64,000 bases of DNA from Myxococcota bacterium. Lineage in GTDB: Bacteria > Myxococcota_A > SURF-8. Numbering within the stretch: the stretch's first letter is position 1; every line of letters starts with the position of its first letter. The notes under the pieces are model-generated. The model saw nothing but the letters and a program-made list of their open reading frames with translations. It was not told the DNA's origin and made no database searches. The position numbers and the translations under genes are program-made. The stretch covers positions 1-64,000 of the forward strand of contig OZ223209.1 of assembly GCA_965140415.1 (NCBI GenBank), read 5' to 3'. Below, piece after piece: positions 1 to 11,348 of this stretch.

Positions 1-60
1 GGCCAGCACTTCGTCTTCATCCAGTGGGTTGGTGGCCAGAATTTTCGATTTCTTTTCCAT
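1..60 (-). CDS. 5' end of a hypothetical protein immediately downstream of the ParA gene (runs off the window)
   Basis: ATG at 60-58, 19 nt after the ParA stop, preceded by GGGAA; open frame MEKKSKILATNPLDEDEVLA to the window edge. Confidence 0.55.
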   Translation of the reverse strand, partial: MEKKSKILATNPLDEDEVLA

Positions 61-79
61 CGTGATTCCCCTGGTAATT

Positions 80-1114
80 TCAGGCAATGATCCGATCCAC
101 GAGTGTCAGGTAATCCTCCGCCGCGTGGGAGGAGGGGGCGTACTCGAAGATGGTCTGTTTATGAATGGGCGCTTCTTTGAGCCGCGTATTGATGCGAATC
201 GGCGACAGCGTGCGCTCCTTGAAATAGTCGCGTAAATTCTGTAGCACTTCCTGCGATAAGTTGGTGCGGACATCGTAAAAGGTCGGTAAGACCCCGCAAA
301 TGGACACCGGCTGGTGCATCAGGTTGTTCATATTGTGCAGCGTTCGCAGGATCTGTTTGACACCGACCATCGCCAGGTAATCGCAACTGACCGGTATAAG
401 GACTTCATCCGCGTAAACGAGGGCATTCTGATTGACCAGCGACAGCGCCGGGGGACAATCGAGAATGACGTAATCATAACCCTGCTCACCCGCTCGCTCG
501 ATCAAGGCTTCTTTAAGTGCCATTTCGCGTTTGGCGCGGCTGGCGATTTTGATATCCGCAGCCGCTAAAGATTCGTTGGTGGTAATCACATCCAGGTTGT
601 TGCGGATCGGCACCACCAGATCTTCCACGGAAGAGCCTTCGATCAACAGGTGATAGGTGCCTTTTTCGCCGTTGATTCCAAGACTTACACCTACATTCCC
701 CTGGGCGTCCATGTCGATCAGCAGCACTTTGAATCCGCGCATGGCCAGACCGGCGGACAGATTGATGGCGGTGGTGGTTTTTCCCGTACCGCCCTTTTGG
801 TTCAGTACGGCAATACGCTTGATACCGCGCGCACGTTTGCGCTCGACTTTGAAATTCTCGGCGCAATATTCCGAGCAATAATAACGGCTCTGCCCTTCCA
901 CCACGGCGCGTTGGTATGCGTATAGCGGGGTGAACGATTTTCCACAGGTCGAACAGGTCGCCTGGTTGGATTGTGTACGATCCTGGAGCATGCATCGCTG
1001 GCTGCAAAAATATTTCACCTGATCGCCATCGGCTACCGTTTGATAGGAAAAGCGCGGTGCGAATTTGCGCTCGCAAACGCTGCATGTTTTGAGTTCGGGT
1101 ACGATCGCCGCCAC
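80..1114 (-). CDS. ParA/Soj-family ATPase with two N-terminal TRASH/MYM-like Zn-binding repeats
   Basis: Deviant Walker A KGGTGKTT, LIDMDAQGN, DYVILDCPP; two CxxC...Y(F/Y)CSxxC repeats at the N-terminus; GTG start with GGAG RBS. Confidence 0.9.
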   Translation of the reverse strand: MAAIVPELKTCSVCERKFAPRFSYQTVADGDQVKYFCSQRCMLQDRTQSNQATCSTCGKSFTPLYAYQRAVVEGQSRYYCSEYCAENFKVERKRARGIKRIAVLNQKGGTGKTTTAINLSAGLAMRGFKVLLIDMDAQGNVGVSLGINGEKGTYHLLIEGSSVEDLVVPIRNNLDVITTNESLAAADIKIASRAKREMALKEALIERAGEQGYDYVILDCPPALSLVNQNALVYADEVLIPVSCDYLAMVGVKQILRTLHNMNNLMHQPVSICGVLPTFYDVRTNLSQEVLQNLRDYFKERTLSPIRINTRLKEAPIHKQTIFEYAPSSHAAEDYLTLVDRIIA

Positions 1115-1146
1115 AGAATTCTCCGTTACTTATATAACCTAATGCT

Positions 1147-1174
1147 AGCCTACACGATGCGCAGCGGCTGTCAA
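1147..1174 (-). promoter_or_regulatory. Putative sigma70-type promoter for the ParA gene
   Basis: TTGACA-N16-TAGGCT on the minus strand, about 30 nt upstream of the start. Confidence 0.45.
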
Positions 1175-1534
1175 GAAAGATTTTCAGAATATTCGGTTCA
1201 GTGTAATTTTTCTTTATACACCTGATCTGGGAAGAGAATTTGCAGAAGAAAATGCTTTCAGAAATGATTACAAACTCAGTTGCATTCAATGGCAAGTGTG
1301 ATATGCTGACAGTTGCTGACAACTATGGAATTGGATAAGCTAAGAAACCAGATATACGTACTGTGGGGTAGATTGAAGGGACCGGCATTTTATTCGGTTG
1401 AATGCTTTGCCGTTTGTTTTTGATGTTTGGGTATCGCCTAAGAGTTTTGTTGGTTTAATGGATGTAGAGGGCTGAACTCCCTCTGCCCGTTTTCCAGATG
1501 GGAAACAGGTAGAAAATTCATACGCGGGGTAGCC

Positions 1535-3154
1535 ATGGCTTCAATTAATGAGGATCGTATTACCCAAGCTGAACTCCTTAAAAAGACTCAGCAACAGCTC
1601 GCCCAATTGGAACAACAGCTACAGGATCAACAGCAGGAATTGGAGCAACTGCGGCAACGCGAGCAGCGCTTCCGCTCTCTCTATTTGAAAATGTCGGAAG
1701 GCGCGGCTCTGCATCAACTGGTTTTTGATGAAAACGGTCAACCGTTCGACTACGAAATTCTGGATGTCAATCCCAGTTTCGAGCGTATTCTCGGAATCCC
1801 GGCAAAGGAGGCAATCGGCGCTCTCAGTTCTCAAGTATACCACATTGATCCGCCACCTCTTTTGGATCGCTATCAACAGGTCGCGTTGGACGGGGATCCG
1901 ATGGTTTTCGAATGCTATATTCCGGAAATGAAAAGGTATTTTCGAGTGAGGGCGTTCTGCTACGCGGATCGGCAGTTCGTTACGGTTTTTGAGGATATTT
2001 CCAAGCGCAAGGAATCCGAAGAACGACTTCGCCATTCCGAGGAACTTTTCCGCGCCATTACCGAAGCTGCCCAGGATTCGATTTTCTGCAAGGATCTGCA
2101 ACGGCGCTATACCTTTGTCAACCCAGCGATGACGCGTGTCTTCAATTGCAAGGCCGAAGATCTGCTTGGAAAAACGCCGGAAGAACTTTTCGATCCCCAA
2201 TCCGCCACAGCTGTCAAGGAAGCTGACCTGCCGGTTCTGAAAGGTAACGTGGTCGATCAAGTTCGTACCCTTACAATCGCTGGTGAAAATATAAGCTTTC
2301 ATACCATACAAGTGCCACTACGAGACGAGCAGGGAGAAGTTCGCGGTATTTGTGGCTTCGTTCGCAACGTGACTCACAAACGGGAAGAAGAAGCGCAACA
2401 GCGGCACCAGCAAAAGCTGGAAGCCATCGGCACGTTGGCCAGCGGTGTGGCGCATGAAATCAACAATCCGATCAACATCATTTTGAATTTTGCTGAATTG
2501 ATTCAGGATTACAGCAAACCGGAGGATCGTGTTTTCGAATATGCATCGGATATCGTGCGTGAGAGCCGCCGCATTGCCGATATCGTGTATAACCTGCTCT
2601 CGTTTAGTCGACAGGAAAGCGAAGCGCACAGCCCGGCATTGATCGGAGACATCATACAATCCACTTTGGCCCTGACTCGGAAGGTATTATCCAAAGATCA
2701 GATTGATCTCGTCGTTCACATCGACGAGAACCTGCCGAAAATCAATTGTCGCAGCCAGCAGATCATGCAGGTTTTTATGAATTTGCTCAACAATGCACGG
2801 GATACGCTCAACCAGAAATATCCCAGCCATCACGATGACAAGCGGATCGAGATTTGCAGCAAACTCTTTTCAGATGAACAGAACAAATGGATTCGCACGA
2901 CCATAGAAGATCACGGTATGGGAATCGACATTGAGATGCAGGAGCGGATTTTCACACCGTTTTATACGACAAAACAACCGGGCAAAGGCACCGGGCTTGG
3001 ATTATCCGTCAGTCATGGAATCATTGCCGACCATTTCGGTCGCATGTCGATAGAAAGCAAACCCGGAACGTATACCCGTTTCCACATCGATTTGCCATTA
3101 ACAGCTCCCTGGACTCGCTCCAACTCGGAGCATGAAGTGGAAACAGGAGAATAA
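1535..3154 (+). CDS. Cytoplasmic PAS-PAS sensor histidine kinase
   Basis: N-terminal coiled coil, two PAS domains, H-box GVAHEINNP, N-box NLLNNARD, DHGMG, GTGLGL. Confidence 0.92.
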   Translation: MASINEDRITQAELLKKTQQQLAQLEQQLQDQQQELEQLRQREQRFRSLYLKMSEGAALHQLVFDENGQPFDYEILDVNPSFERILGIPAKEAIGALSSQVYHIDPPPLLDRYQQVALDGDPMVFECYIPEMKRYFRVRAFCYADRQFVTVFEDISKRKESEERLRHSEELFRAITEAAQDSIFCKDLQRRYTFVNPAMTRVFNCKAEDLLGKTPEELFDPQSATAVKEADLPVLKGNVVDQVRTLTIAGENISFHTIQVPLRDEQGEVRGICGFVRNVTHKREEEAQQRHQQKLEAIGTLASGVAHEINNPINIILNFAELIQDYSKPEDRVFEYASDIVRESRRIADIVYNLLSFSRQESEAHSPALIGDIIQSTLALTRKVLSKDQIDLVVHIDENLPKINCRSQQIMQVFMNLLNNARDTLNQKYPSHHDDKRIEICSKLFSDEQNKWIRTTIEDHGMGIDIEMQERIFTPFYTTKQPGKGTGLGLSVSHGIIADHFGRMSIESKPGTYTRFHIDLPLTAPWTRSNSEHEVETGE

Positions 3155-3156
3155 CC

Positions 3157-4650
3157 ATGAGTGTCGTGCTAGTCGTCGATGACGAACGGGGTTTGCGGAA
3201 ATCCATCTCCGTATTTATTGAAAGAAACGGTCATCATGTGCTGGTGGCAGAGGATGTCCCTACCGCGGTGGATATCATTAAAAACAGCGAAGTCGATGTG
3301 ATCGTTTCCGATATCGTGCTGCCGGGACAGTCCGGTATCGATTTATTGCAATACGTGCACGACAATTGCTCGGATATTCCGGTAATCATGATCTCCGGTG
3401 AGCCGACCATCAAATCGACCGTGCGTTCCATGCGGTTGGGAGCCTTTGATTTTCTCGCCAAACCGGTGCCGGGCAAAGATTTGTGCCAGATCGTGGAACA
3501 AGCCGCAAGAAAAAAAGCGCACACGGACAAGGCACGGCACGCCCTTACCGAAAGCGAGGCTCGTTTTCAACGCCTGACGGAGAATTTGCAGGATGTGATC
3601 TGGCGCACAGACATTACAGGCAAGGTGCAATACGTCAATACCGCTTGCGAGGAGATGCTGGGTTATACCCCGAAGGAGGCGATCGGAAAGGAAATCGAAG
3701 AGTATCTGACGCTGGATTCTGTTATGGAGATCAACAAGCTGTTTCAACGGTTGATCACCGAAAATGATTCCAATCCTTCTTTTCGAGTTGAAGCGACCTA
3801 CAAGCATAAAGAAGGTCATACGGTACTTTGCGAAATGAACGTTTCCTGTTTGAAAAATCGAAAAGGCCACATCGTGGCATTGGAAGGAATCACACGCGAC
3901 ATTTCGGAAAGCAAACGAGCTCAGGAGCGACTCGCTCAGAGTGAACGCAAGTTCCGCCTGATTTTCGAGAACACGCGCGACGCCATTTTCTGGGCCAACC
4001 CTGAAGATGGCATGTTGATCAACTGCAACAAAGCGGCGGAAGAATTGCTGGAGCGTTCGCGTAACGAAATCATCGGCCAACATCAAAGTTTCCTGCACCC
4101 ACCGGTCAAGAGCGAACATTTTTCACGGATGTTCAAGCGCCATGTGTCAAATGTGAAAGAAGAAGAGGAGTTCGCCGAGGTGATTACCCGTACAGGTAAG
4201 CACGTCCCGGTGCATATTTCAGCGACCGTTACCACAGTAGGAGATGAACGTATCATTCAGGGAATCTTCTACGACCTGCGCGAGCTGTTCCAACTCGAAC
4301 AGAACAAGCGACTGCTGGCGCTGGCCATCGAGCAGTTCAGCAACGGCTATGCCTTGATCGATCGCGAAGGAATCCTGCTGTTTTGTAACAGCTCATATGC
4401 TAAATTGCATGGCATCGAAACGGAACAATGCATTGGAAAAGCGCAGGTTTCATTTTACGCACAAAACGAACGGCCACGTATTGAAACGGCATTGTCTACG
4501 TTGTTCGAAAGCGGTCCGATTGCCGGTGAGTTCATGCATCGTAACGCTTCAGGAACCGATTTCGAAGTGTACCAGCAATTTCACCCCATCTTCGATGAGC
4601 AGCAATATCCATTAGCCATTCTGGAGACCTTACACAACAAACCATCCTAG
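3157..4650 (+). CDS. Response regulator receiver domain plus three PAS domains, no output domain
   Basis: VLVVDDE, SDIVLPG, FLAKP receiver motifs followed by three PAS/PAC-like repeats; starts 2 nt after the kinase stop. Confidence 0.88.
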   Translation: MSVVLVVDDERGLRKSISVFIERNGHHVLVAEDVPTAVDIIKNSEVDVIVSDIVLPGQSGIDLLQYVHDNCSDIPVIMISGEPTIKSTVRSMRLGAFDFLAKPVPGKDLCQIVEQAARKKAHTDKARHALTESEARFQRLTENLQDVIWRTDITGKVQYVNTACEEMLGYTPKEAIGKEIEEYLTLDSVMEINKLFQRLITENDSNPSFRVEATYKHKEGHTVLCEMNVSCLKNRKGHIVALEGITRDISESKRAQERLAQSERKFRLIFENTRDAIFWANPEDGMLINCNKAAEELLERSRNEIIGQHQSFLHPPVKSEHFSRMFKRHVSNVKEEEEFAEVITRTGKHVPVHISATVTTVGDERIIQGIFYDLRELFQLEQNKRLLALAIEQFSNGYALIDREGILLFCNSSYAKLHGIETEQCIGKAQVSFYAQNERPRIETALSTLFESGPIAGEFMHRNASGTDFEVYQQFHPIFDEQQYPLAILETLHNKPS

Positions 4651-4671
4651 TTTGAAATAGAAGATCGACGA

Positions 4672-7170
4672 TCAATCGGGATGCAAAATACAGCGAATCT
4701 TTTCAGCCAGAGCCTGAGGTGAATAGGGTTTGCCGATGAACTCCACGCCATCCTTTAAAACACCACGTTGCACGATCACGTTTTCGGTGTAACCGGAAGT
4801 ATATAAAACACGAAGATCGGGTTGCAGCTCGAGTGCTCGCTTGGCCAATTCTCGCCCGTTTATATCCGGCATGACCACGTCGGTCATCAGTAAATCGATT
4901 TTCTCCTGGCACTGCTTCAGAATGATCAGGGCCTGCTCGCCATTGGGAGCGGACAACGTTCGGTAACCCAGGCGTGTCAGCATTTTCAGGTTCATGTTGC
5001 GCACGACGTCTTCATCTTCCACGATCATGATCAGTTCGCCGCTGCCTAGCTTGATTTTCTTTTGCGATCGCACGCGTTCCGCAGGTTTTTCTGCGTAGAT
5101 ACGTGGGAAATAAAGTTTAAACGTCGTGCCTTCACCAATTTCAGAATAAACTTCAATGCTTCCCTTACTTTGTTTGACGATGCCGAAAACCGTTGCCAGG
5201 CCCAACCCCGTTCCCTTGTCTACCGGTTTGGTGGTGAAAAACGGTTCGAAAATGTGTTCCAATGTTTCTGCTTCAATGCCGGAGCCATTATCGCTGACTG
5301 CCAGCATCACGTAACTTCCCGGCTTGGTGTACGGGTGTTCCTGGTGATAGTCTTCGCCTAGTTCGATATTCGATGTTTCAATCAGCAGATCTCCGCCATC
5401 AGGCATCGCATCGCGTGCATTGACTACCAGATTCACGAGAATCTGCTCCAACTGGCCGGAATCGAGATACGTCAATCCCAGGTCTGATTGAAGCTGTGTC
5501 TTTAAATGGATATCTTCGCCGATCAAGCGCTGCAACATGCTTTCAAAACGTGTAACCGTTTGATTCAAGGCGAGCACATGCGGATCGATGATCTGCTTAC
5601 GGCTGAAAGCTAATAGCTGACGTGTCAATGCTGCTGCACGGTTGGCGGCCTGACGGATTTCCTTGAAGGCGGTGTAAAATGGGTCTCGTTCATCCAGATC
5701 CATTAAAGACAGGTCCACATTGCCGGTGATGCCGGTGAGCAGATTGTTGAAATCGTGTGCAATGCCTCCAGCCAATCGTCCAACGGCTTCCATCTTTTGT
5801 GCTTGCCGGAATTGCTGCTCCAGATGTTCCTTTTCTTTCTCGGCTCGAACGCGATTGCTGATATCGAATCCGATGCTGATGCGGCGTTTGTCTGACAGTT
5901 TAACGGTGGACCAGGACACATCCAAGAGTTCGCCACTGCGAGTTCGCAATTGAAAATCGTGCCAATCGCCATCCGGATTGAGAACTCCCTCTCGAAGCCT
6001 TGCTTCCTGTTCCTTGTCGATTGCTGCTTTTGCCAGCACGTCCTGCTCGCGGCTTTCCTGCAAGGTCCAGCCCAACTTGTGTTCCCAGAAACGATTGACC
6101 CACAGGTGTTTGCCGTCCCGGTCGGTCAATGAGGTCATAATGGGAGCGTTATCCAGAATCGCGTTTAAAATTTCCGTTTGGTGTCGTAAATCGTCCTGTG
6201 CGAGTTTACGTTCGGTGACATCATGAATAATGGAGTAAAGCAAGGTGCGGCCTTGCATCTGGATCGGACCGGAATGAACCTCGACATCCCGAATCATACC
6301 GCTTGCCAACCGATGGCGAAAGCTGAATACATTGCTGCGTTCAGCTTTGGCATTTCCCATTTCTTCTTTTACACAGTTTTGGGCGTCGATGTTTATCTTA
6401 TGAATGCTCATGCCTTTTAATACATCAACCGGATAACCGTAGAATCGGCAAGCCGCCGGATTGGCATCGAGAATGGAAGAACTTTCCGGATCGACGATCA
6501 GCATCACCGTGTGAGTGTTATCGAACATATTATGATAACGCTGTTCGCTTTCTTCCAATTTGCGCTGCATACGCTTTCGCTCACTGATGTCTTCCATAAT
6601 GGCCATAATCGCTTCGATCTGACCATCCGGACCCTTCAATCCAGCCGTGGAAAGTCGTACATCGATCCGGCTTCCATCTTTACATTGCCGAACTCGTTCG
6701 ACACCAGCAAGCACTTCACCTTTGAGCGATAATTCCAGATGCTGCCGAAATTCAGACATGCGATCTTCCGGGATAGTCGGGAGCAATTTTCCCTTAATGT
6801 CCTGCTCGTTAAATCCGAACATGACTTCGGAAGCTCGATTCCAGGTCAATACTCGACCGGTAGTATCCAAAGTAAAAATCGCCAAAGGTGACACATCCAC
6901 TGCCGCCTTGAAGCGATCCAATTTGCGTTGTTGGCTTTCTTTCACTTTTTCGATGTGCCGGATGATCGATTGAACATAGGCGAAAAGGAATACTGTCGTT
7001 GCGAAAACGTAAAACAGCCCTTTGTAGGTTTGAACGTGGGAAAGGACAATGGGGTCCGATACTACGCTGGCCACCAGCCAATCCGAGGTGAGAATCCAAA
7101 GCGCGGCTAGAACGAAATACGCCAATGCGACTTTCAATGCAGCTTGTGTCCACGTGGGTGTTTTCAGCAT
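4672..7170 (-). CDS. Membrane-anchored hybrid sensor kinase (2 TM, 3 PAS, HisKA, HATPase, REC)
   Basis: [27 protein letters not shown]-terminal receiver (VEDE, TDVVMP, KP); start may be 7170 or 7176. Confidence 0.92.
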   Translation of the reverse strand: MLKTPTWTQAALKVALAYFVLAALWILTSDWLVASVVSDPIVLSHVQTYKGLFYVFATTVFLFAYVQSIIRHIEKVKESQQRKLDRFKAAVDVSPLAIFTLDTTGRVLTWNRASEVMFGFNEQDIKGKLLPTIPEDRMSEFRQHLELSLKGEVLAGVERVRQCKDGSRIDVRLSTAGLKGPDGQIEAIMAIMEDISERKRMQRKLEESEQRYHNMFDNTHTVMLIVDPESSSILDANPAACRFYGYPVDVLKGMSIHKINIDAQNCVKEEMGNAKAERSNVFSFRHRLASGMIRDVEVHSGPIQMQGRTLLYSIIHDVTERKLAQDDLRHQTEILNAILDNAPIMTSLTDRDGKHLWVNRFWEHKLGWTLQESREQDVLAKAAIDKEQEARLREGVLNPDGDWHDFQLRTRSGELLDVSWSTVKLSDKRRISIGFDISNRVRAEKEKEHLEQQFRQAQKMEAVGRLAGGIAHDFNNLLTGITGNVDLSLMDLDERDPFYTAFKEIRQAANRAAALTRQLLAFSRKQIIDPHVLALNQTVTRFESMLQRLIGEDIHLKTQLQSDLGLTYLDSGQLEQILVNLVVNARDAMPDGGDLLIETSNIELGEDYHQEHPYTKPGSYVMLAVSDNGSGIEAETLEHIFEPFFTTKPVDKGTGLGLATVFGIVKQSKGSIEVYSEIGEGTTFKLYFPRIYAEKPAERVRSQKKIKLGSGELIMIVEDEDVVRNMNLKMLTRLGYRTLSAPNGEQALIILKQCQEKIDLLMTDVVMPDINGRELAKRALELQPDLRVLYTSGYTENVIVQRGVLKDGVEFIGKPYSPQALAEKIRCILHPD

Positions 7171-7430
7171 GATCACCTATTTTTGCATGTACACGGCGAA
7201 CTTGAATCGATTCACACTGTTCTGCATGAACTGTTTTGCTTATAAATATTCCGAGAGAGTTTACAACCGTTTCAAAAGAATTGCAATACAGGATGAAAAT
7301 TGAATAGAATTTTTCGTTATAAGCTCGGTTAATTCCCTCTGTATTGATGGATTCCTGCTTGACTTTTCACATGGCCTGTTGTTGTGTAAAAGCACGGTTT
7401 TGATTCTCTTTTCGTTTAAAGGAGCTCTTC

Positions 7431-9494
7431 ATGTCTCGATATTTGCAATTGTCGCTCGCACTCTTGCTTGGATTATGTGTCTTCTCTTGTGCATCACGAA
7501 ACGCTACTCCAGACACGATGGATTCAACCGCTCAAAAACCTGCCGATTCTTCCATGAGCGAACAGGGAGAATCGTTTCTAGGTTGGTGCCGCAGCCAGTT
7601 GCAGGATGCCGAACAGGCGGCGCAGAATCTCAAGCAGGCGGAATCCTGTCAGGATGCGCGCATCGTGCTGGATCTTTTCAACCAGATCGAAATGAACCTG
7701 GGCGATGCCGTCAATCGCTCCGGGCTGGCGCAATTCACGAACCCCGATGCAGGCATACGCCAGGCCGGGCAGATCTGCGAGCAGGAAAGTATGGCTCTGC
7801 AAACCGAGTTGTTACTGGATAGCCGCCTGTACGATGTGCTGGGTCAATTGAAAGACGTCAAGGCGGAGTTGGATGCCGATTCCCAACGCTATCTGGAACG
7901 TTTGCTGCGCGATTACAAACGCAATGGTGTTGACCGTGACGAAGCCACCCGCCAGCGCATTCGCGAGTTGAATAAACAGATTACCGAGCTTGCGCAAACG
8001 TTCGATCGCAATCTCGCCGCCGACACCCGCAGTGTCGACGTCAACGATCCGGCGCGCCTTGCTGGACTGCCGGAGGATTATCTGGCGAGTCATCAGCCCA
8101 ACGAGCAGGGTGTCATTCAAATCACCACCGACTGGCCCGACTATTACCCGGTTATGCTTTATGCAGATGACACCGAACTGCGGCATCAAATCTGGATGCT
8201 GGCCATGAATCTGGGATACCCGCAGAATGTGGATGTCTTCAAGCAATTGCTTCAGGCGCGCTATGAACTTGCCACGCTGTTGGGCTATGAAAACTGGGCG
8301 GCTTTTTCCCAGGAACTGCTGATGGTCAAGACTCCCGAAAATGCGCGAAACTTCATTGACCGCGTAACCGAAATCGCCCGGCCATTGGCCGAGAACGACA
8401 AGCAGGCGCTGCTTGAATTCAAGCGTAAAAGCCAACCGCAGGCCGAGCGCGTTTTCCCCTGGGAACGCGCCTACCTGACTCGCCAACTCAAGCAGCAGCG
8501 TTTCAACTACTCCCCGCAGGATTCGCGCCCTTACTTCCCGTTGTCTGCCGTGCAGAATGGCGTACTGGATTGGAGCCAGCGTCTGTTCGGCGTAACCTTC
8601 ACTCCCTCTAAAGATGTTCAACTGTGGCATGAGAGCGTGCAGGCTTTCGATGTGTCGTTGCAGGATGAAGTTGTTGGCCGTATTTACCTGGATCTGTATC
8701 CTCGTGAAAACAAGTACAAAAGCTTTGCCATGTTCCCCATCGTGCAAGGCGTTACAGGCAAGCGCATTGCCGAAGGCGCCATCGTGGGCAATTTCCCCGA
8801 TCCGACGAAAAGCGCAGATCCGGTGCTGATTGACCATCTGGATGTCACCACCTTTTTCCACGAGTTCGGTCACCTGATGCACCACATCATGGCGGGACGG
8901 CAGCAATATGTAACCTTCTCCGGCACTGTTACGGAATGGGACTTCGTGGAAACGCCTTCACAGTTGTATGAAGAGTGGGCCTGGGATCCGACGATTCTGC
9001 AAACCTTTGCGAAAAACGCGCAGGGCGAAGCCATTCCGGCTGAACTGGTAACGCGCATGCAAAAGAGCGATCTGTTTGCCAAGGCGCTATTTACACAACA
9101 GCAGATGTATTATGCCGCATTGGCGCTGGGCTTGTACCAGCAGGCTCCAGAGGGCCTCGACCCGGATGCCTTTGCCAAGGAAGTGGAACGGAAATACTCG
9201 CCCTGGCAGGGAGTGGACGGCACTCATTTCGTCGAAGGCTTCGGCCATCTGGTCGGCTATAGCTCCAATTATTACACCTACATGTGGTCGCTGGTCATCG
9301 TGAAGGATCTTGCCGAACTGTTCCACGAGCAGGGATTGGACAACACCGAATTGTCTCTGCGCTACCGTAAAAGCATTCTCGATCCGGGTGGCGCGCGCGA
9401 TGCCGATCAACTGGTGCGCGACTTTTTGGGCCGCGATTTCAAATTCGATGCGTTCAAGAAATGGTTGCAGGCCAGCATCGTAGAGAAAAAGTAA
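7431..9494 (+). CDS. M3 family Zn-metallopeptidase (thimet oligopeptidase-like), lipoprotein
   Basis: FFHEFGHLMH, DFVETPSQLYE, GYSSNYYTYMWS; lipobox VFSC; AAGGAG RBS. Confidence 0.92.
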   Translation: MSRYLQLSLALLLGLCVFSCASRNATPDTMDSTAQKPADSSMSEQGESFLGWCRSQLQDAEQAAQNLKQAESCQDARIVLDLFNQIEMNLGDAVNRSGLAQFTNPDAGIRQAGQICEQESMALQTELLLDSRLYDVLGQLKDVKAELDADSQRYLERLLRDYKRNGVDRDEATRQRIRELNKQITELAQTFDRNLAADTRSVDVNDPARLAGLPEDYLASHQPNEQGVIQITTDWPDYYPVMLYADDTELRHQIWMLAMNLGYPQNVDVFKQLLQARYELATLLGYENWAAFSQELLMVKTPENARNFIDRVTEIARPLAENDKQALLEFKRKSQPQAERVFPWERAYLTRQLKQQRFNYSPQDSRPYFPLSAVQNGVLDWSQRLFGVTFTPSKDVQLWHESVQAFDVSLQDEVVGRIYLDLYPRENKYKSFAMFPIVQGVTGKRIAEGAIVGNFPDPTKSADPVLIDHLDVTTFFHEFGHLMHHIMAGRQQYVTFSGTVTEWDFVETPSQLYEEWAWDPTILQTFAKNAQGEAIPAELVTRMQKSDLFAKALFTQQQMYYAALALGLYQQAPEGLDPDAFAKEVERKYSPWQGVDGTHFVEGFGHLVGYSSNYYTYMWSLVIVKDLAELFHEQGLDNTELSLRYRKSILDPGGARDADQLVRDFLGRDFKFDAFKKWLQASIVEKK

Positions 9495-9618
9495 GTGAAC
9501 GAAAAGTTCATCCGTTGCAGCAGGCAGCGTTGATTGGTTTTGAAAAACAAGCTGCATCGTGCTACCTTATGAGGCATTGTAAGGTTTCATCGTCCACTTT
9601 ATTAGTAAAGGGTGTTGC

Positions 9619-11334
9619 ATGATGCGTATGCCTGTTCTGCTGTGCGCGCTGATGTCTTTGCTGGCTCTGCTTGCCTGTGAATCCAACGAGACGACGCTGC
9701 CTGGCGATACGGATGGCGAGTCGGTTGCTTCGGATGGAGATTCGGACACCCTTGAAGAAGAGACTCCGAGTATTCAAGGCGATGACGACAGCCCGCATCC
9801 TGGTGATATGGACCAGATTCCCAATGGCGACAAGGACGAACTCCCGGACGGTGATATGGAAATCGAACCGGATCGTGACCCGGACACACCTGTTGATGGA
9901 GATCTGGAAACGCCACCCGACGGAGATGACGATTTTCCGAGTGAAGCGGATGTGGATCTCTTTCTCGATGGCGACATCGATGCCGATCCGGATATCGTGG
10001 ATGTGGTTTTGGAGCCGATTGCCATCGCCGATCTATATGTGGTCGAGAATCCGGCCAATCCACTTTCGTTTTTCATCTCCTGGCGCACTGAGATCAAGGC
10101 GACCACACGGCTTCATCTGGTTTGCGGTGATGATATCGACCAGACGTTTACATCGGATGAGCTTACTAAAGCTCACGAAGTGTTTGTGATGGGGTTGTAT
10201 GAAGCAGCTAGTTGCGACGTGACGGTTCATGCCACTGCACAGGATCGTAGTGGGCAGGCGGCTACGCGCATCGAAAACGTAGGACCTTTGCCGGAATTTC
10301 TACCGGATCTGACCGTAACGGAATATCACGCCGAGCAGGTGCAACCGGGATGGACTTTCTTTTCATTGACGCGCATCAGCGCCGAAGCGCCGGATTACGT
10401 AGTCGGTATCGATTTCCAGGGCCGGTATCGCTGGATGTACGTCACCGGGCGCATGCGCACCAATGGCGGTCACGAAATCGCCCTACATCCCAGCAAACAG
10501 GGGTTGATCGTCGCCGGAAGCGAACCGCAGGTTTATGTAAGCTGGGATGGCCGGGAAATCTGGAATCTGCAAAAGGACGGCAATCACGATACGGTGCTAT
10601 CGCCCTGGAATCCCGATCACCTGCTCTATCTCGGGCGCAGCAGTTACAACTGCAACACCAGTGAGCATTCCGTGCACGAGTACAATCTGACTACCGGTGA
10701 AAATATCTGGAACTGGTATGTCTGCGAGCATATCATCCCGCGCGTGGAATACAACGGTTGGTCGCACTTCAATACCATCACCCCCGTTCCCAATGAACGC
10801 GCCATGCTGATTTCCTCGCGCGATCAGGATATTGTCTTTAAACTGAACCGTGACACGGATGCAATCGAGTGGACCCTGGGGCGTGGTGGGGATTTCATTA
10901 TGAATTCGGAGGCGTTTTTTTTGCGCCAGCATTCTCCCAAAATTCTTTCCAACGGTCATATTCTGCTTTTCGATAACGGGTTGGGCGCTTCCGAAGCTGC
11001 GCGCACGCAGGATCTTGCCTGGGTGCGCCCCTATTCCCGTGCGCTGGAATTCGAATTGCATTTTGATACCGATGGTCAACCGTTTTCCGCCGAAGTCGTT
11101 TGGGAATATACGGATACGAGTTTGTTTGCACTCAATCGCTCCGAAGCCGACCGGTTGGATAATGGCAATACACTGCTGATCTACGTATCCTTGCAGCCCG
11201 ATTTCGACCAGATCATACGAGAAATCACGTTTGACAAGAGCATCGTCTGGAACGTTCACATCCCGGAGGACTACAGTTCCTACCGCAGTGAACGAATCGA
11301 TCCGACCTATGGATTTGTCACCGAACCCGAATAA
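9619..11334 (+). CDS. Lipoprotein with acidic DGD linker and aryl-sulfate sulfotransferase (ASST)-like beta-propeller
   Basis: Lipobox LLAC, DGD-rich linker, WSHFN, LISSRDQD, RQHSP, LLFDNG, RLDNGNTL motifs. Confidence 0.8.
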   Translation: MMRMPVLLCALMSLLALLACESNETTLPGDTDGESVASDGDSDTLEEETPSIQGDDDSPHPGDMDQIPNGDKDELPDGDMEIEPDRDPDTPVDGDLETPPDGDDDFPSEADVDLFLDGDIDADPDIVDVVLEPIAIADLYVVENPANPLSFFISWRTEIKATTRLHLVCGDDIDQTFTSDELTKAHEVFVMGLYEAASCDVTVHATAQDRSGQAATRIENVGPLPEFLPDLTVTEYHAEQVQPGWTFFSLTRISAEAPDYVVGIDFQGRYRWMYVTGRMRTNGGHEIALHPSKQGLIVAGSEPQVYVSWDGREIWNLQKDGNHDTVLSPWNPDHLLYLGRSSYNCNTSEHSVHEYNLTTGENIWNWYVCEHIIPRVEYNGWSHFNTITPVPNERAMLISSRDQDIVFKLNRDTDAIEWTLGRGGDFIMNSEAFFLRQHSPKILSNGHILLFDNGLGASEAARTQDLAWVRPYSRALEFELHFDTDGQPFSAEVVWEYTDTSLFALNRSEADRLDNGNTLLIYVSLQPDFDQIIREITFDKSIVWNVHIPEDYSSYRSERIDPTYGFVTEPE

Positions 11335-11348
11335 AGGAAATCTAAGTC

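Noticed and set aside
1464-1506. GTAG-headed hairpin and GGAAAC stem upstream of the kinase (REP or c-di-GMP riboswitch?)
   Set aside because: Single short hairpins with no second copy in the window; the consensus elements of c-di-GMP riboswitches are missing.
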